A stretch of DNA of 63,412 nucleotides, the filler included, from Neoconidiobolus thromboides FSU 785 (Eukaryota; Fungi; Entomophthoromycota), in the NCBI GenBank assembly GCA_025603075.1. It is 6 parts of 6 records of this genome, joined end to end, with 100 filler letters (N's around TTAATTAATTAA, not from the genome) between each part and the next. Parts side by side here need not be neighbours in the genome. Positions count along the whole stretch, not along the records: positions 29,561 to 54,136 come from MU626517.1; positions 54,237 to 56,309 come from MU626884.1; positions 56,410 to 58,930 come from MU626850.1; positions 59,031 to 61,290 come from MU626861.1; 2 more parts are not named here. The stretch is one strand, 5' to 3'. Made by a program: the position numbers and the translations under genes. The notes below the pieces were generated by a model that was not told the DNA's origin, ran no database searches, and worked only from the letters and a program-made list of their open reading frames with translations. Shown piece after piece: positions 50,000-61,119 of this stretch. Each line of letters opens with the position of its first letter. Position 1 is the stretch's first letter.

Positions 50000-50096
50000 T
50001 GGTGATGTTTTTTTTGGCTTCATTACTTTTTCCATCTTTGTGCTATTTCGTGGAAAAATTGTTAGTAAAATTCTTAAATACAAAAATACATCCCCA
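50000..50096 (-). mobile_element. MITE copy (B), right arm of the inverted twin
   Basis: Near-exact reverse complement of 49848-49943, including its private internal deletion. Confidence 0.9.
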
Positions 50097-50746
50097 TATG
50101 CTGATATTTCACTGCCAACAATTTTAATTCTTTGTATTATAAATGTGAAAAAAGATGAGGATATTATAATACTTGTTCAATTACTGTGTTGTTTTATCTG
50201 CTTTTGATATTTTTATAGCAATTTTTAAAGTGGTTTATATAACTAATAATGTTTTATAAAATCTAACTTCAATTTTATCCTGCTTCCAGGATGTTTATAA
50301 GGGCTAACTTGATTGCTAAGCAGCAATTAAAAGAAAAAAGAACATTTTTATTATGTAGTTGATATAAAAGCTATAAAAGATAACCTTTTCTCTGGTAGAG
50401 CCAACTATTATTAAAACTTTAAACATAAATATAAACATGAAGTTAATAATATAGCACCTTTCAATTTTTATTTTCATTATTAAAAGCTACCTTTTATTTA
50501 AAAAGTGATCTTGCATTTTTAAACTTATCTATTTACTAAGATATATCAGCCATATTTAATTTTAATAAAGATATCACATTTACTGATCTTGTACACATAT
50601 TTTAAAATTCATTAAAAGTTATCATCTATAACCATTATATCTAATATCTGATTTGTACAATTAAATTAAACAATATGAAATTATTTAAAAAACCAATAAA
50701 TAAGATACCAAATTAATATAAACAGTTTTTATTTTAACATCTGAAT

Positions 50747-51361
50747 TTAAGAAATAAAATGCACAAAAGTAGCTATTATAAAGGCGACATAGGAAATAGC
50801 ATTGAAACGCGAATCAGATGAGTCATCATCGCCGCCACTTCCCCCAGCAGATTTTTTCTGTTTACTACTACCAGAAGGGGCCTTACCAGAAGCTACTAAT
50901 GTAGGCTCTGAATATGTAGAAGAAGGCTTCATGATGGAACTTTTATCTGAATCCGATAATTTGTTACAATAGCTTTGCATTTCACTTTGTAATTGATCTT
51001 TTTGTCCTGCATTTGCTGATTTACATTGATCAAAGCAAAGGGTTTTTTCTCTAGTAAATTTGCATAAACAAGCATTGTCTCCCAAACATGTGTTGATATT
51101 AAGCTGTGCTCGATCCATACATGCTGTAAAAATTGTTGGTGCTCTACAATCTCCTCCAGCTGATGCAGTAGTTGAGCCAGTAGGACTTATTGCCACACTA
51201 GTTGGACTAGTTGGGCCGTTATTTTTACTTTCTGGTGCTGAACTTTGAGCATTGTTATTATCATTTATTGGAGTCACCGAATTTGCTCCAGCGTTGGTTT
51301 GGGCAAGTATAAAATTGATAGAGAAATATAATATTATGTAAATGGTATTTAACGTTTTCAT
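50747..51361 (-). CDS. Secreted, probably GPI-anchored Cys-rich surface protein (CFEM-like 8-Cys domain), 204 aa
   Basis: Hydrophobic signal peptide, Ser/Thr/Asn spacer, 8 Cys including a CxC pair (DNACLCK), Ser/Gly-rich stalk, hydrophobic C-terminal tail. Confidence 0.8.
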   Translation of the reverse strand: MKTLNTIYIILYFSINFILAQTNAGANSVTPINDNNNAQSSAPESKNNGPTSPTSVAISPTGSTTASAGGDCRAPTIFTACMDRAQLNINTCLGDNACLCKFTREKTLCFDQCKSANAGQKDQLQSEMQSYCNKLSDSDKSSIMKPSSTYSEPTLVASGKAPSGSSKQKKSAGGSGGDDDSSDSRFNAISYVAFIIATFVHFIS

Positions 51362-52447
51362 TTTTTTAAATTCTTATCATTTTCTTTAATTTTTTATTGC
51401 TTTTATATACTACACTTTATATTTTAGTTTGAACTAATTGTTTAATTGTTCACCTTTTCTCGTGGGTTTGATTACAAGTTAATTTCAGTTGGCTTAATCT
51501 CAACAAAATAAAAAAAGTGCTATAATTTCATATATAGATTTTGATTCAGATTATATAATTGTTTATAAACTAAATAGTCATAAACAATCCAAATAATTAT
51601 GGTATTATTATTTATATTATAAAATGTTCCAAAAAAATAGAAAATAATTGAAAAAATTTAGTTTTCAATTTAAAGTTTGCACCCCCATATGAAGAATAGT
51701 TTCATTTAACCATAAAGGTTGGCTTGAATGGATACTTCCGATTTAATCAAAAATTAATTTCTTATTTCATTCAAGAATTGAATCAAATTATTATCGAATA
51801 TATTTAATTACATAATAAAATACATATATATATATAATAATATATTATGAGATAATATTTAAGTGTACCAAATGGAGCCACTAAAACAGAGTTACTTTTA
51901 TTCTAGATTTATTTGCGCGACTATACATATATGCTATTTTATTTATATATTTTTTAAAAATAAGGGAGACTATTTAACCATACTTTGCTTTCATAATCGA
52001 ACCTACATGCTGAACTGTGGTAATGTACCATAATTGATCGGAAAGTTTATATTTGACATATTTTAATATACATTGAATAATTAATGACTTGTCTTTATTA
52101 TATTTTGAAAATTAAAATAATGTTATATTATAGCTAGTTTAAATCTACAAATACAAAATTCAAGTTATTTAAACTTCAAACATCTATTAACAAATAATAT
52201 TAATCCATTTTGAGATGAGATAAAAAAGTATTTGAGCCGAAATAAGGGGATATTATTTATAAAAGAATAAGTATCAAATGAAGCAGAAATATGCACTCTC
52301 ATTTTATTTCTGTAATGCTAATTGAATCATTGGCTAATAGAAAATTGGTTAGGTATCATAAAATAAATAATGAACAGTGTATAAATAATGTAGCTAAATT
52401 GACTATAAATAAAGAAAGAATATCAAAAACAGATATTAATTTCATGA

Positions 52448-53401
52448 ATGAATTCAAATATTGATTTACTTTTATTTATATGGGTCACAATAGCTCATGG
52501 GAGTTCAATTATAATTAATACATTTTTAATATTAATAATATTATTTAATAAATTAAATTATACTTTAGATATTCAATTAATTTTGTTTATATCTGTAAGT
52601 GATTTATTAACAAGTACAATCAATCTATCATATACTATTTTAAAATACATATTTGAATTCGATTTTAACTATATCCCTATTTTTTATTGTCAATTGAGTG
52701 GAATTTTAATTAGTCTAGTTGACAACCTTAGCAGTATTTCAATCTTTTTACTAGCCTTTGAACGCTATCAAGTGTTATGTAATCAAAAGAATTACAAGCG
52801 TCACTTCTATTTAGTTATTTTATTTATATTGTTTTCGCTAGCTGTTATCTTAGCTGCACTCTCAGGGATAGGAAACCAATTTGAGCCTTCACCTTCTGGT
52901 GGTTTTTGCACTTTAAAGCCTTCCACTTCAAACCATTATCTTTATTTCCAATTTTTACTCTTTAACCTCAGTTTGTTTTTTGTCCTTTTCTTTTATATCT
53001 CTATCACAATATCTACTATCTCAAAAACAAACAAACTGAAAAATAGAAAGCGATTCCGAGTGATTACTAGAGACCTTACCAGTTTAGAAACTGGTCAAGC
53101 AGATGTGATAAATTTCTATCATCAATCCATCCCAGATGATGAAGTTGAGGCTTTGTTTAATATTAAAGTTAAAGTCATATTTAAAAGTATGACCTTTTGT
53201 TTGGTTTATATTTCTTTATTTATCCCTAACTTAATTGAATGGTGGATGATAATTGTCTCAACTCAACTTTGGTCAACTACTTTAGATTTAGTGACTATCC
53301 TTACCTATTCTTGGGTTCAAGCTGCTAACCCCTTACTTGCCATCTGTCTTCATTCTCAAATTCGTTCCGTTTTAGTCGATTTTTTTAAAGTTAATAAATA
53401 A
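52448..53401 (+). CDS. Rhodopsin-family (class A)-like 7TM receptor, intronless, 317 aa; paralog of 30528-31565
   Basis: SIIIN (TM1), ISVSD (TM2), YCQ and ERY (TM3), SGGFC (ECL2), FIPNL (TM6), ANPLL (TM7). Confidence 0.85.
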   Translation: MNSNIDLLLFIWVTIAHGSSIIINTFLILIILFNKLNYTLDIQLILFISVSDLLTSTINLSYTILKYIFEFDFNYIPIFYCQLSGILISLVDNLSSISIFLLAFERYQVLCNQKNYKRHFYLVILFILFSLAVILAALSGIGNQFEPSPSGGFCTLKPSTSNHYLYFQFLLFNLSLFFVLFFYISITISTISKTNKLKNRKRFRVITRDLTSLETGQADVINFYHQSIPDDEVEALFNIKVKVIFKSMTFCLVYISLFIPNLIEWWMIIVSTQLWSTTLDLVTILTYSWVQAANPLLAICLHSQIRSVLVDFFKVNK

Positions 53402-53816
53402 ATAAATTATATAGTAATTAATGAAGTTCATAGACCCTAAAAGCTATTTTATCTAAATTAGTTTAATATCTAATTTCTATCGAAGTAATGCATATCATTC
53501 ATCAAAGTCTGGATTGAATCTTTTCATAGAAAAGCCAAATCAACTATAGATTTAAGGTTCAAGTTGAATAAAAGGTAGTTTCAAAAGTATTTGGCTTTTA
53601 ACAGTAAAATTAATAAAAGTTATTGATTGCAACAGTAGCTATTTTTACAACTAAGGACTGTGTTTCCCTCAAAAAAGTAAATTATAGTAATTATATATCC
53701 TAATCAGAACGGATTTCTCCAAAAAATTAGACTGTTTTAACAATTATCTTATAATTATGACTAATTAACACTTTTTAAATGTAATGAAAATATGAAACTT
53801 ATGAAAAAACTACATA

Positions 53817-53917
53817 TGAGGATATATTTTTGTGTTTAAGAATTTTACTAACAAATTTTCCGCTTAAATAGCGCTTAAAAAATGGAAAAAATAATGAAGT
53901 CAAAAAAAACACTCCCA
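53817..53917 (+). mobile_element. MITE copy (A, near consensus)
   Basis: TA|TGAGGATATATTTTTGTGTTTAAG...ATAGCGCTTAAAAAATGG...CACTCCCA|TA. Confidence 0.9.
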
Positions 53918-54068
53918 TATCATAGCTTAAATTTATTAACCCTTAAATGAAAAGGCAACGCTAAAAAAATACTTGATAATTATAAAAATACTATAAGATT
54001 GAAGCAACCAAGTTTTAAAGGTAACTATGTTTATCAATCCATTATAAAAGATATCAATCAATCATATG

Positions 54069-54136
54069 TTACATATCATCATCGGTATCAACGAAGGGAT
54101 CCTTTTTTCTAAAAGAAAGTCGATTAAATAATTTCT
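54069..54136 (-). CDS. Possible 3' tail of a gene cut by the gap (KLFNRLSFRKKDPFVDTDDDM*)
   Basis: Short stop-terminated frame with coding-like composition that abuts the Ns; too short to assign. Confidence 0.25.
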
Positions 54137-54236
54137 NNNNNNNNNNNNNNNNNNNNNNNNNNNNNNNNNNNNNNNNNNNNTTAATTAATTAANNNNNNNN
54201 NNNNNNNNNNNNNNNNNNNNNNNNNNNNNNNNNNNN
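54137..54236. other. Artificial contig linker
   Basis: N44-TTAATTAATTAA-N44. Confidence 0.95.
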
Positions 54237-54331
54237 ACATGGGATTGATTGTCTCTGAACTTGAGAACACAATAGCTTAGGCGATTGTTATGCTATAATT
54301 AACCATGGGACTGACAAACCGATATTTCACA
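54237..54331 (+). mobile_element. 3' 95 bp of an LTR of the same family, at a contig start
   Basis: GCTTAGGCGATTGTTATGCTATAATTAACCATGGGACTGACAAA...ATTTCACA is shared with 1-304 and 26164-26627. Confidence 0.8.
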
Positions 54332-56309
54332 ATACTATCGAGAACAGCTTTCTGTTTTTCTGAGACCTGCTCTCCTTTGATTTTTCACTGCCTTAATCTT
54401 CCTTTAGCATTCATAAATGCTAAAGAAACAAAATATAGAGGCTTTATGTATTTGAAACTAATGAATATAGTGATTAGTAGTTTTGTCTTAGATAATACAA
54501 TATTAAAATAAAATAAGATAAAGATAATTAACACCATTTAAGTATTGTATATTAGATCAATCATATCATCAAAAACATTTTAGCTCTTTAAAAACCAAAA
54601 GTATATTATTAAATTAGGACTTTTAAAACTAAATTAAATAATTCCTATACATAGTATAAATATTAATCAAAAATAAAAGACAGCATACTCAATATTTTAG
54701 CATTGAAGCAATTTGATATGGTATAAAATAATATTTTTAGATACTTTAAGGAATAAAATATTGCCATATGTGTTTAAAGATCTGCTCCATAGCAGCATAA
54801 ATCCTAATTAAAACCTCTATCATGATTCCATTTTAAACCTCCCTCATATATTTGACAAGAGATACGACAATTGCCACAATAGAAACATCAGTCATTTGTA
54901 TCAGTGCACCTTTTAAAAACACTTGGAATTTAATTTTTTTTGGAAATTCCAAGTATTTTAACTATCTATAAACGAGTGGTAATTAACGCTTGCATTGAAT
55001 ATGCATTTGAATGTATATTTTCTATAATAACATAAGCGTCAGTAAGCTCTATATATACTTTTGCAAACCATACATACTATTTTTTCCAAGGATAAACCAA
55101 ATATCACTAGTAATACTAGTGGTCAAAGGTAAGTCATGCATGACATACTATAGCTCATGATTTTTTATTGTAAAGTCAACTTTTATTATATAAGAAAATT
55201 CGAAATACCTTATGTCCCAACATTTTATGTTATAATCACCTTTTATCAAATGCACTTTGGGAAAAGTAAAAGAAACAGAGACATCCCTGGTATACTGAAA
55301 GCTAGTAATAATATTCCTCACTATTTGATTATTTATATACAAATATTAACTCATTTTGTCCTAATAGTCAAAACTAAATAGCCCAATATGGTTAAAAGCG
55401 GAAGGATAAGTCATTATTTTCATAACCTGCTCCCTGACAGTTTTTATAAATATTTTCAAGTTTAAACATTTTACATAAATAATGATAAAGGGATAACTGA
55501 TATGCTAAATATATAATAGTAGTGAATATATTATAAATAATTTTCTAAATCTTAAAATTATTTTAAATTATGAAATAAACGCATTTGATTTTGAAACTCA
55601 TATGTATAAATCTTTTCTATTTTATTATAATTTTCACCTATAGTCAACTCAATTCATATATCAGTACTTTAATATTATTGAATGATATAAGTTATATCAT
55701 CAAATTTGTGTTCTTAAATGATAGTGTTATAAAGAATTATATTGAATGAAATAAAAATAATATACTATTCAATTAAAAATTTATTTATTGGAATTCTTCG
55801 TTTTTAATTAAAATACTGGGGATGTTCAAATCAGTTTTAGAATTTACTTAGAAATTGATACAAATTTTAAGTAAATTTGTAAGTCCTTAATGTGATCGGT
55901 TAAATCTAAAAACTTTAAGATTAAATCTTCTTTACTTAAAAAGCTTGTTTTAATTAGTTCATTTTTTTAAATAGCTGATTTTTTTATGTTTATATTATTT
56001 TTGTTAGATATTTAATAGATATATAAATACAGTTATTTGACTTTATTTTTTGTTGAAATAAAAATAAAATGTAAATTTTCACAACTAAACTTCGAAATGA
56101 GATTTTTGAAAATTTCAATACAATAGGGAGGAGTATACAATATAAATATTGTAATTTATTTACATCAATTTTAATAACTACTTATAATAACCTAGGGTTT
56201 ATAGAATTTTATAGCAAAACAAAAAAAGAAAAGATATATTATCAAAGTTTACTATCGATAATAATAAACTTAATCAAGTGATATGTAAAATTAATACTTT
56301 GAGAGGAAT

Positions 56310-56409
56310 NNNNNNNNNNNNNNNNNNNNNNNNNNNNNNNNNNNNNNNNNNNNTTAATTAATTAANNNNNNNNNNNNNNNNNNNNNNNNNNNNNNNNNNN
56401 NNNNNNNNN
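56310..56409. other. Artificial contig linker
   Basis: N44-TTAATTAATTAA-N44. Confidence 0.95.
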
Positions 56410-56599
56410 TCTTGGTAACGCACAATGTTATTAGGCTATTTAGTTGAATTATTTTAATTTGATATATCTGTGATTATCAAATTCCTCAAAATTAATAAAG
56501 TTTAATTTAATCTATACTGCATTTTTATTTTATTAATTTTTCTACATTAAATTTTGTAGACAAGTGTAAGGGCTGTTTTTATTGTATTATATTTACATT

Positions 56600-58700
56600 T
56601 TTTAATTCATAATGGCTAAAAGTAAGCATACCAAATTAGATAAGAGATCACCATATTGCACTACAGGGCAGCTAGAAGTTTCATGGATTTTTTTAAAATA
56701 AGTATAACTACAAGAAAGAAGACAAGATGGTTAAACAAAATGATGCAAATGATCATAAAATAGCTATATATTATCATAGTTTAGATTTATTCGTATGTTT
56801 TAAAATACTGAAGTTATTATCCTGAAAGTTGAAAAACTTATTTCACAAAATTAATGTAAGAATACCCATAAAAAAACAAAAGATTATATTAGAAAAACCT
56901 TAGTGAAAGTATGTGATAAATCTATAGGTATGAATATTCAATATCAATATGAAAGATCATGTTTACATTGAAGCAACTAAAATTTTAAGTATTCAAAGTG
57001 GTCAGATAAACAACCTCATTTTCAAAAAAAAAAAATCAAAAAAATTATTAGAAGGTTTAGCAAAAAAATGTCCACAATTATAAATAAATATAATAAATAT
57101 TTAGTAGTATCTTTTAAACAACGTCTGTCAAAGTATTACATAATTAAAGCATTAACTTTATAACTTATTTTTTACCTTATTAAAAAGCACTGCTACCAAG
57201 TATCTTAATAATATAAATAAAAGTGCAAAAACGTACGTGGATAAAACTAGAGGGATATTTTTAGTATATATAAATTAAATTAATTTTTTAATGTAAAAAT
57301 TTGATATAAATTAGTCTTTATCATCATAAATTTAAATTCAGGTAACTATTCTTTTAAAATTCAAGGCAGATCTTGTTTATTTAAAAATTAAGTAATGAAT
57401 GTATACTAACTGTTAGGGTAACGTGAATTGAAAAGGGGATAAGTACTTAAGGGGAGAAAGTAGATGGTTGGAAGTTAAGACTGGGATGTTAGAAGAGAGA
57501 GTTTGGGTGAAAGAAAGATTCGGTGACTTTGATCTGGACAGTTTTCGGTGGACAAAAATTTGAGTGAATTTTATTGTTATGGTTTTATTAGGCTTGGAAT
57601 TATTTAATACATCATTAAAATTAAGATACTAAAAAAGTTGATTTTTCATAACAATATTAAAACATTTAAGAATATGAATAGCTATGAGGTTAATTTTGTC
57701 TATTATCGGATTTTGACATTTTGTAATTCCATAGCTAGAGCTGCTCAAAAACAATCGTGAAACTCTCAGCCCCCTATAGTTGAGTCTGAGAGTGAACAAA
57801 AAGTAAATACTATAATAAAATCAATTAAGTTATCCTTGAGGCTGTATTTATTTTTATTATAGTATCGTAATTCCTATTCACTTTCAAATCAATTACTGTC
57901 AAGGGAATTTTACTTCGGTTCGGATAAATATCCTTTTGAGACAGCTATGAAGGGTTGTATATTCTGTAATGGTTACCTTAAATAAATTTAACTGTGGTAG
58001 TTTTTTCTTTCTATTTCATATCAAAAGTCTAGTTTAAATAATCTCAACAATAAAAACAAAGTAGATGATCATTCTACTATTAGGCGATTTAAATACAATA
58101 AAGAAAGTTAAGAGATACTATAAATCAATAAATTAGCTAGGGCTATTTTAGATTCAGTTATCAAATATGAAATTTGATGGGTTTTAGAAGTCTCAAAAAT
58201 TTTGACTGCCTGTTGTGTTGTCTTTGATAATGATCTAATACTTATCTTTACGCCATTAATTTACTATAGTAATAAAGGACTCAGTTGAAATCTAGGTAAA
58301 TGGTATGCAATGACTATTCATAAAATATCAATGCTGAAATATACGCGTTTGGTTGTCCTTTAGACTAAATATAATGAGCTTGCTAGAATTTTTAGGATGT
58401 ATTTAGAAATCAACTTAGGGTGGATAGTTTTGAACTGGGCCTTAAAGTGAATATTTGATTTAATCTTAAATTTGATTTTAGTAAAAATATTAAGATTAGG
58501 TGTAGCTAAGATTTAATTTACTTAATGAGCTACAATTGAATGTTAAATACTAAATTCAACAATAACATATATAGTTGTTTATTTCACTTTAACTAAAGCA
58601 TTAGTACAGCTTTTATCTAAACTAATAAAATACTACCTTAAACTTGTTTTATTATACTGCCGTTAACTAAAATTTAATAGAACAAGTAATCTAGAAAGAA
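56600..58700. pseudogene. Decayed coding-like sequence (TE or gene-family remnants), unassigned
   Basis: Several frames of 40-70 codons broken by stops (for example ~56610-56890 on + and ~57420-57630 on -), with strand-biased composition; no motif recognised. Confidence 0.25.
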
Positions 58701-58930
58701 TAATTTATTCCAACATGAATATTTTAATCACCCAAATATATTTTAGTTATTAGAGTTAATTATCAACACTATAACTATGGTACAGCAAGGTACTTAACGA
58801 AATACTATATAAAGTGATGAAAAAGAGTGTTTAATCATTATCAAAGTTCAATTTCTGTTTCTCTGTGAGAATTAAAACCAATACAACTTTAATCATGCAA
58901 CTTATAAATTCTATCATTGCTTTAGCCTCT

Positions 58931-59030
58931 NNNNNNNNNNNNNNNNNNNNNNNNNNNNNNNNNNNNNNNNNNNNTTAATTAATTAANNNNNNNNNNNNNN
59001 NNNNNNNNNNNNNNNNNNNNNNNNNNNNNN
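58931..59030. other. Artificial contig linker
   Basis: N44-TTAATTAATTAA-N44. Confidence 0.95.
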
Positions 59031-61119
59031 AATATTGCTTTCAATTGGACTTTTATACCCTTTTTTATTGTTTTATTTGATACCATTTATTTGAAATAAA
59101 ATTTTACAAATTAATAATTTATCTTGTTTTTATATGATCAAAGCTAAGTATTATAACTACTTTTATACTAATAAGAATAAGAGTAAAAAAAGGCATCAAA
59201 ATTATGGTGCAGACTAAAAAAGTCTTCAATTTCGTACCCTTACGGCGCATGAAAAAAGCTATCCATAAATTCTAAGGATTTGGCTTTAAATGTTAATATC
59301 GCTAAAATTAGTGATTGGAAATCAGCTATTACATTGTATTTATATTCAATGTATGTAGTTAATATATATATAACATTATTTTATTAATTAAACATCTAAA
59401 GCTACATCTTCGGAATTTGTAGACACTTTTCTCATACATGGTAACGTATGCATATTTAAACTGAAAAGTCCAATTCTTTACGGTTCTGTTTTGTAAAAGT
59501 AGTAAACAGAGCATAAATACCGAAAAAATAAAGGTCATGGTGATTGTTTATAATTTTGAAAGGTTAAGAACCCCAGATGTTTTACAATAAAAAAACAAAT
59601 TGAAAGCTTAGAGAGAAACAAGAGGATAAAATTTACGTTTACCTGAATTAGATTCAAAAGATAAATAGTAATAAGTTTACAAATAATTTATGATGAGCTC
59701 TACTTATCAATAAAAGATTAAAAAACTACAAATAGAGCCTTTGTTAATTAAAATAGTGTTTTTCCTTTTTTAACAAACTAAATATTATTAAATTATAAAA
59801 TATTTAAATAATAGGAAAGACAACGAAAAATTACATTCTGTAATTACTTTTTTGCATAGTTCTAAAATGAGTCATATAAAATTTATATTTAAATTTAGAT
59901 CAAACTGAAAAAAATTATATACATTTGTATATTTTTATGAAATGCATATCATTTATTGACCCCTATAATCTTAAATACTTGATATTCTGAATTTCTTCAC
60001 TTAATTTAGATAAAGATCAAAAACCATAATATTTATTTAAATTTATACTTCAAAATTCATAAAGCAGAATTAAGCTATTCAATAGGTTCGTTATTTAAGA
60101 ATATACAAAATTCTATACTTTTCAGGATTTTTTCAAAAAAGAGTAGGACCTTTTATTATTATCGTAAGCATTTAACAAAGAAATTGTTTATTAGATGTTT
60201 GACCATAATCTTTAACATTTTCTTGATCCTCAGATATGTTTAAAAGATAATCCCTTAAGTTCTAAGTAACTCCTGGCCTAAAATAAAGGGGAAATATTAT
60301 TCCGTAGATCATCATTTTATTATCAGGGGAAAAACGGGGTTTTTAATCAAATTTTATAGAGTAAAAATGCTGCAATATAAAATGCAAAAACCGAAAGGCA
60401 CATACATTTTACCTAATTACTATTTCTTGGGAGTTAAAATTACAAGCGTCCAGAAGTATAGTTGAATTTTGATGAATGAAAGGTGATTAAGCATGAAAAT
60501 AATTTCTTAGGTAAAATATTGCATCTCACAACTTGGTTGTGAGTAAAATATATCACTTCAAATACTACAGTTTTTAAAATTAAAACTTGAGCTTAATTAA
60601 ATTTGTAACGTTAGTGTTTAAATTTTAAATATACTGCATGATATATTAATAAACGAATACCCAGTATAACTTTGTATTTAAACAAAATCACATTGGAAAT
60701 ATGAAAATATGTAAGGAAAATTTGTAAAATAAATATGATGTTATTAGCTCACTATATATTACTTACAAGCTGTCCAGAAGTGTGGTAAGAAAAGTTATTA
60801 TGAAATCATGAAGTTATATTTTATTTAAACTTTTGCATGTGCAACAATTATTGCTTTAATAAATATTTAATCCTAATAAGGTAATTAACAAAAACAATAC
60901 CTATTCTTGTGCTATTGATTTAATAGATACTACCTCAGATATAGACTCTCTAAAAAAATATTCCTGCTAATAAAGCAACACAGATAAAACTGTTTAGGAC
61001 TACCTTTTTAAGATAACAAATACATTTATAATATCATTTAATAAAATATTTTAAATATAGTTGTTACCAAAAAAGAATACATGTATAACCCTATACACTT
61101 TATTAAAATTAAATATTGT

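Noticed and set aside
10962-51248. Antisense or alternate-frame ORFs over SEN34, VTS1, the 623-aa orphan, GH47, SulP, SMC2, ACL and the GPI gene
   Set aside because: They are shadows of well-supported coding frames and have no motifs of their own.
30528-53401. The 7TM proteins as opsins (light sensors)
   Set aside because: The TM7 position equivalent to the retinal-binding Lys is Asn or Ser.
481-53917. The ~100-bp repeats as a CRISPR array, SINE or REP-like element
   Set aside because: They are dispersed, occur in both orientations and have TIRs with TA flanks. There is no regular spacer array, no cas gene, no Pol III A/B box and no poly-A tail.
55104-55144. Small palindromes CACTAGT-AAT-ACTAGTG and GTCATGCATGAC
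   Set aside because: Short and single-copy, with no supporting context; compatible with chance.
59043-59475. 12-bp inverted repeat AATTGGACTTTT / AAAAGTCCAATT about 420 bp apart
   Set aside because: No TSD and no second copy; a match this long is plausible by chance in AT-rich DNA.
60440-60781. ~18-bp direct repeat TTACAAGC(T)GTCCAGAAGT at ~320-bp spacing
   Set aside because: The flanks do not align, so neither a tandem duplication nor an LTR pair can be supported.
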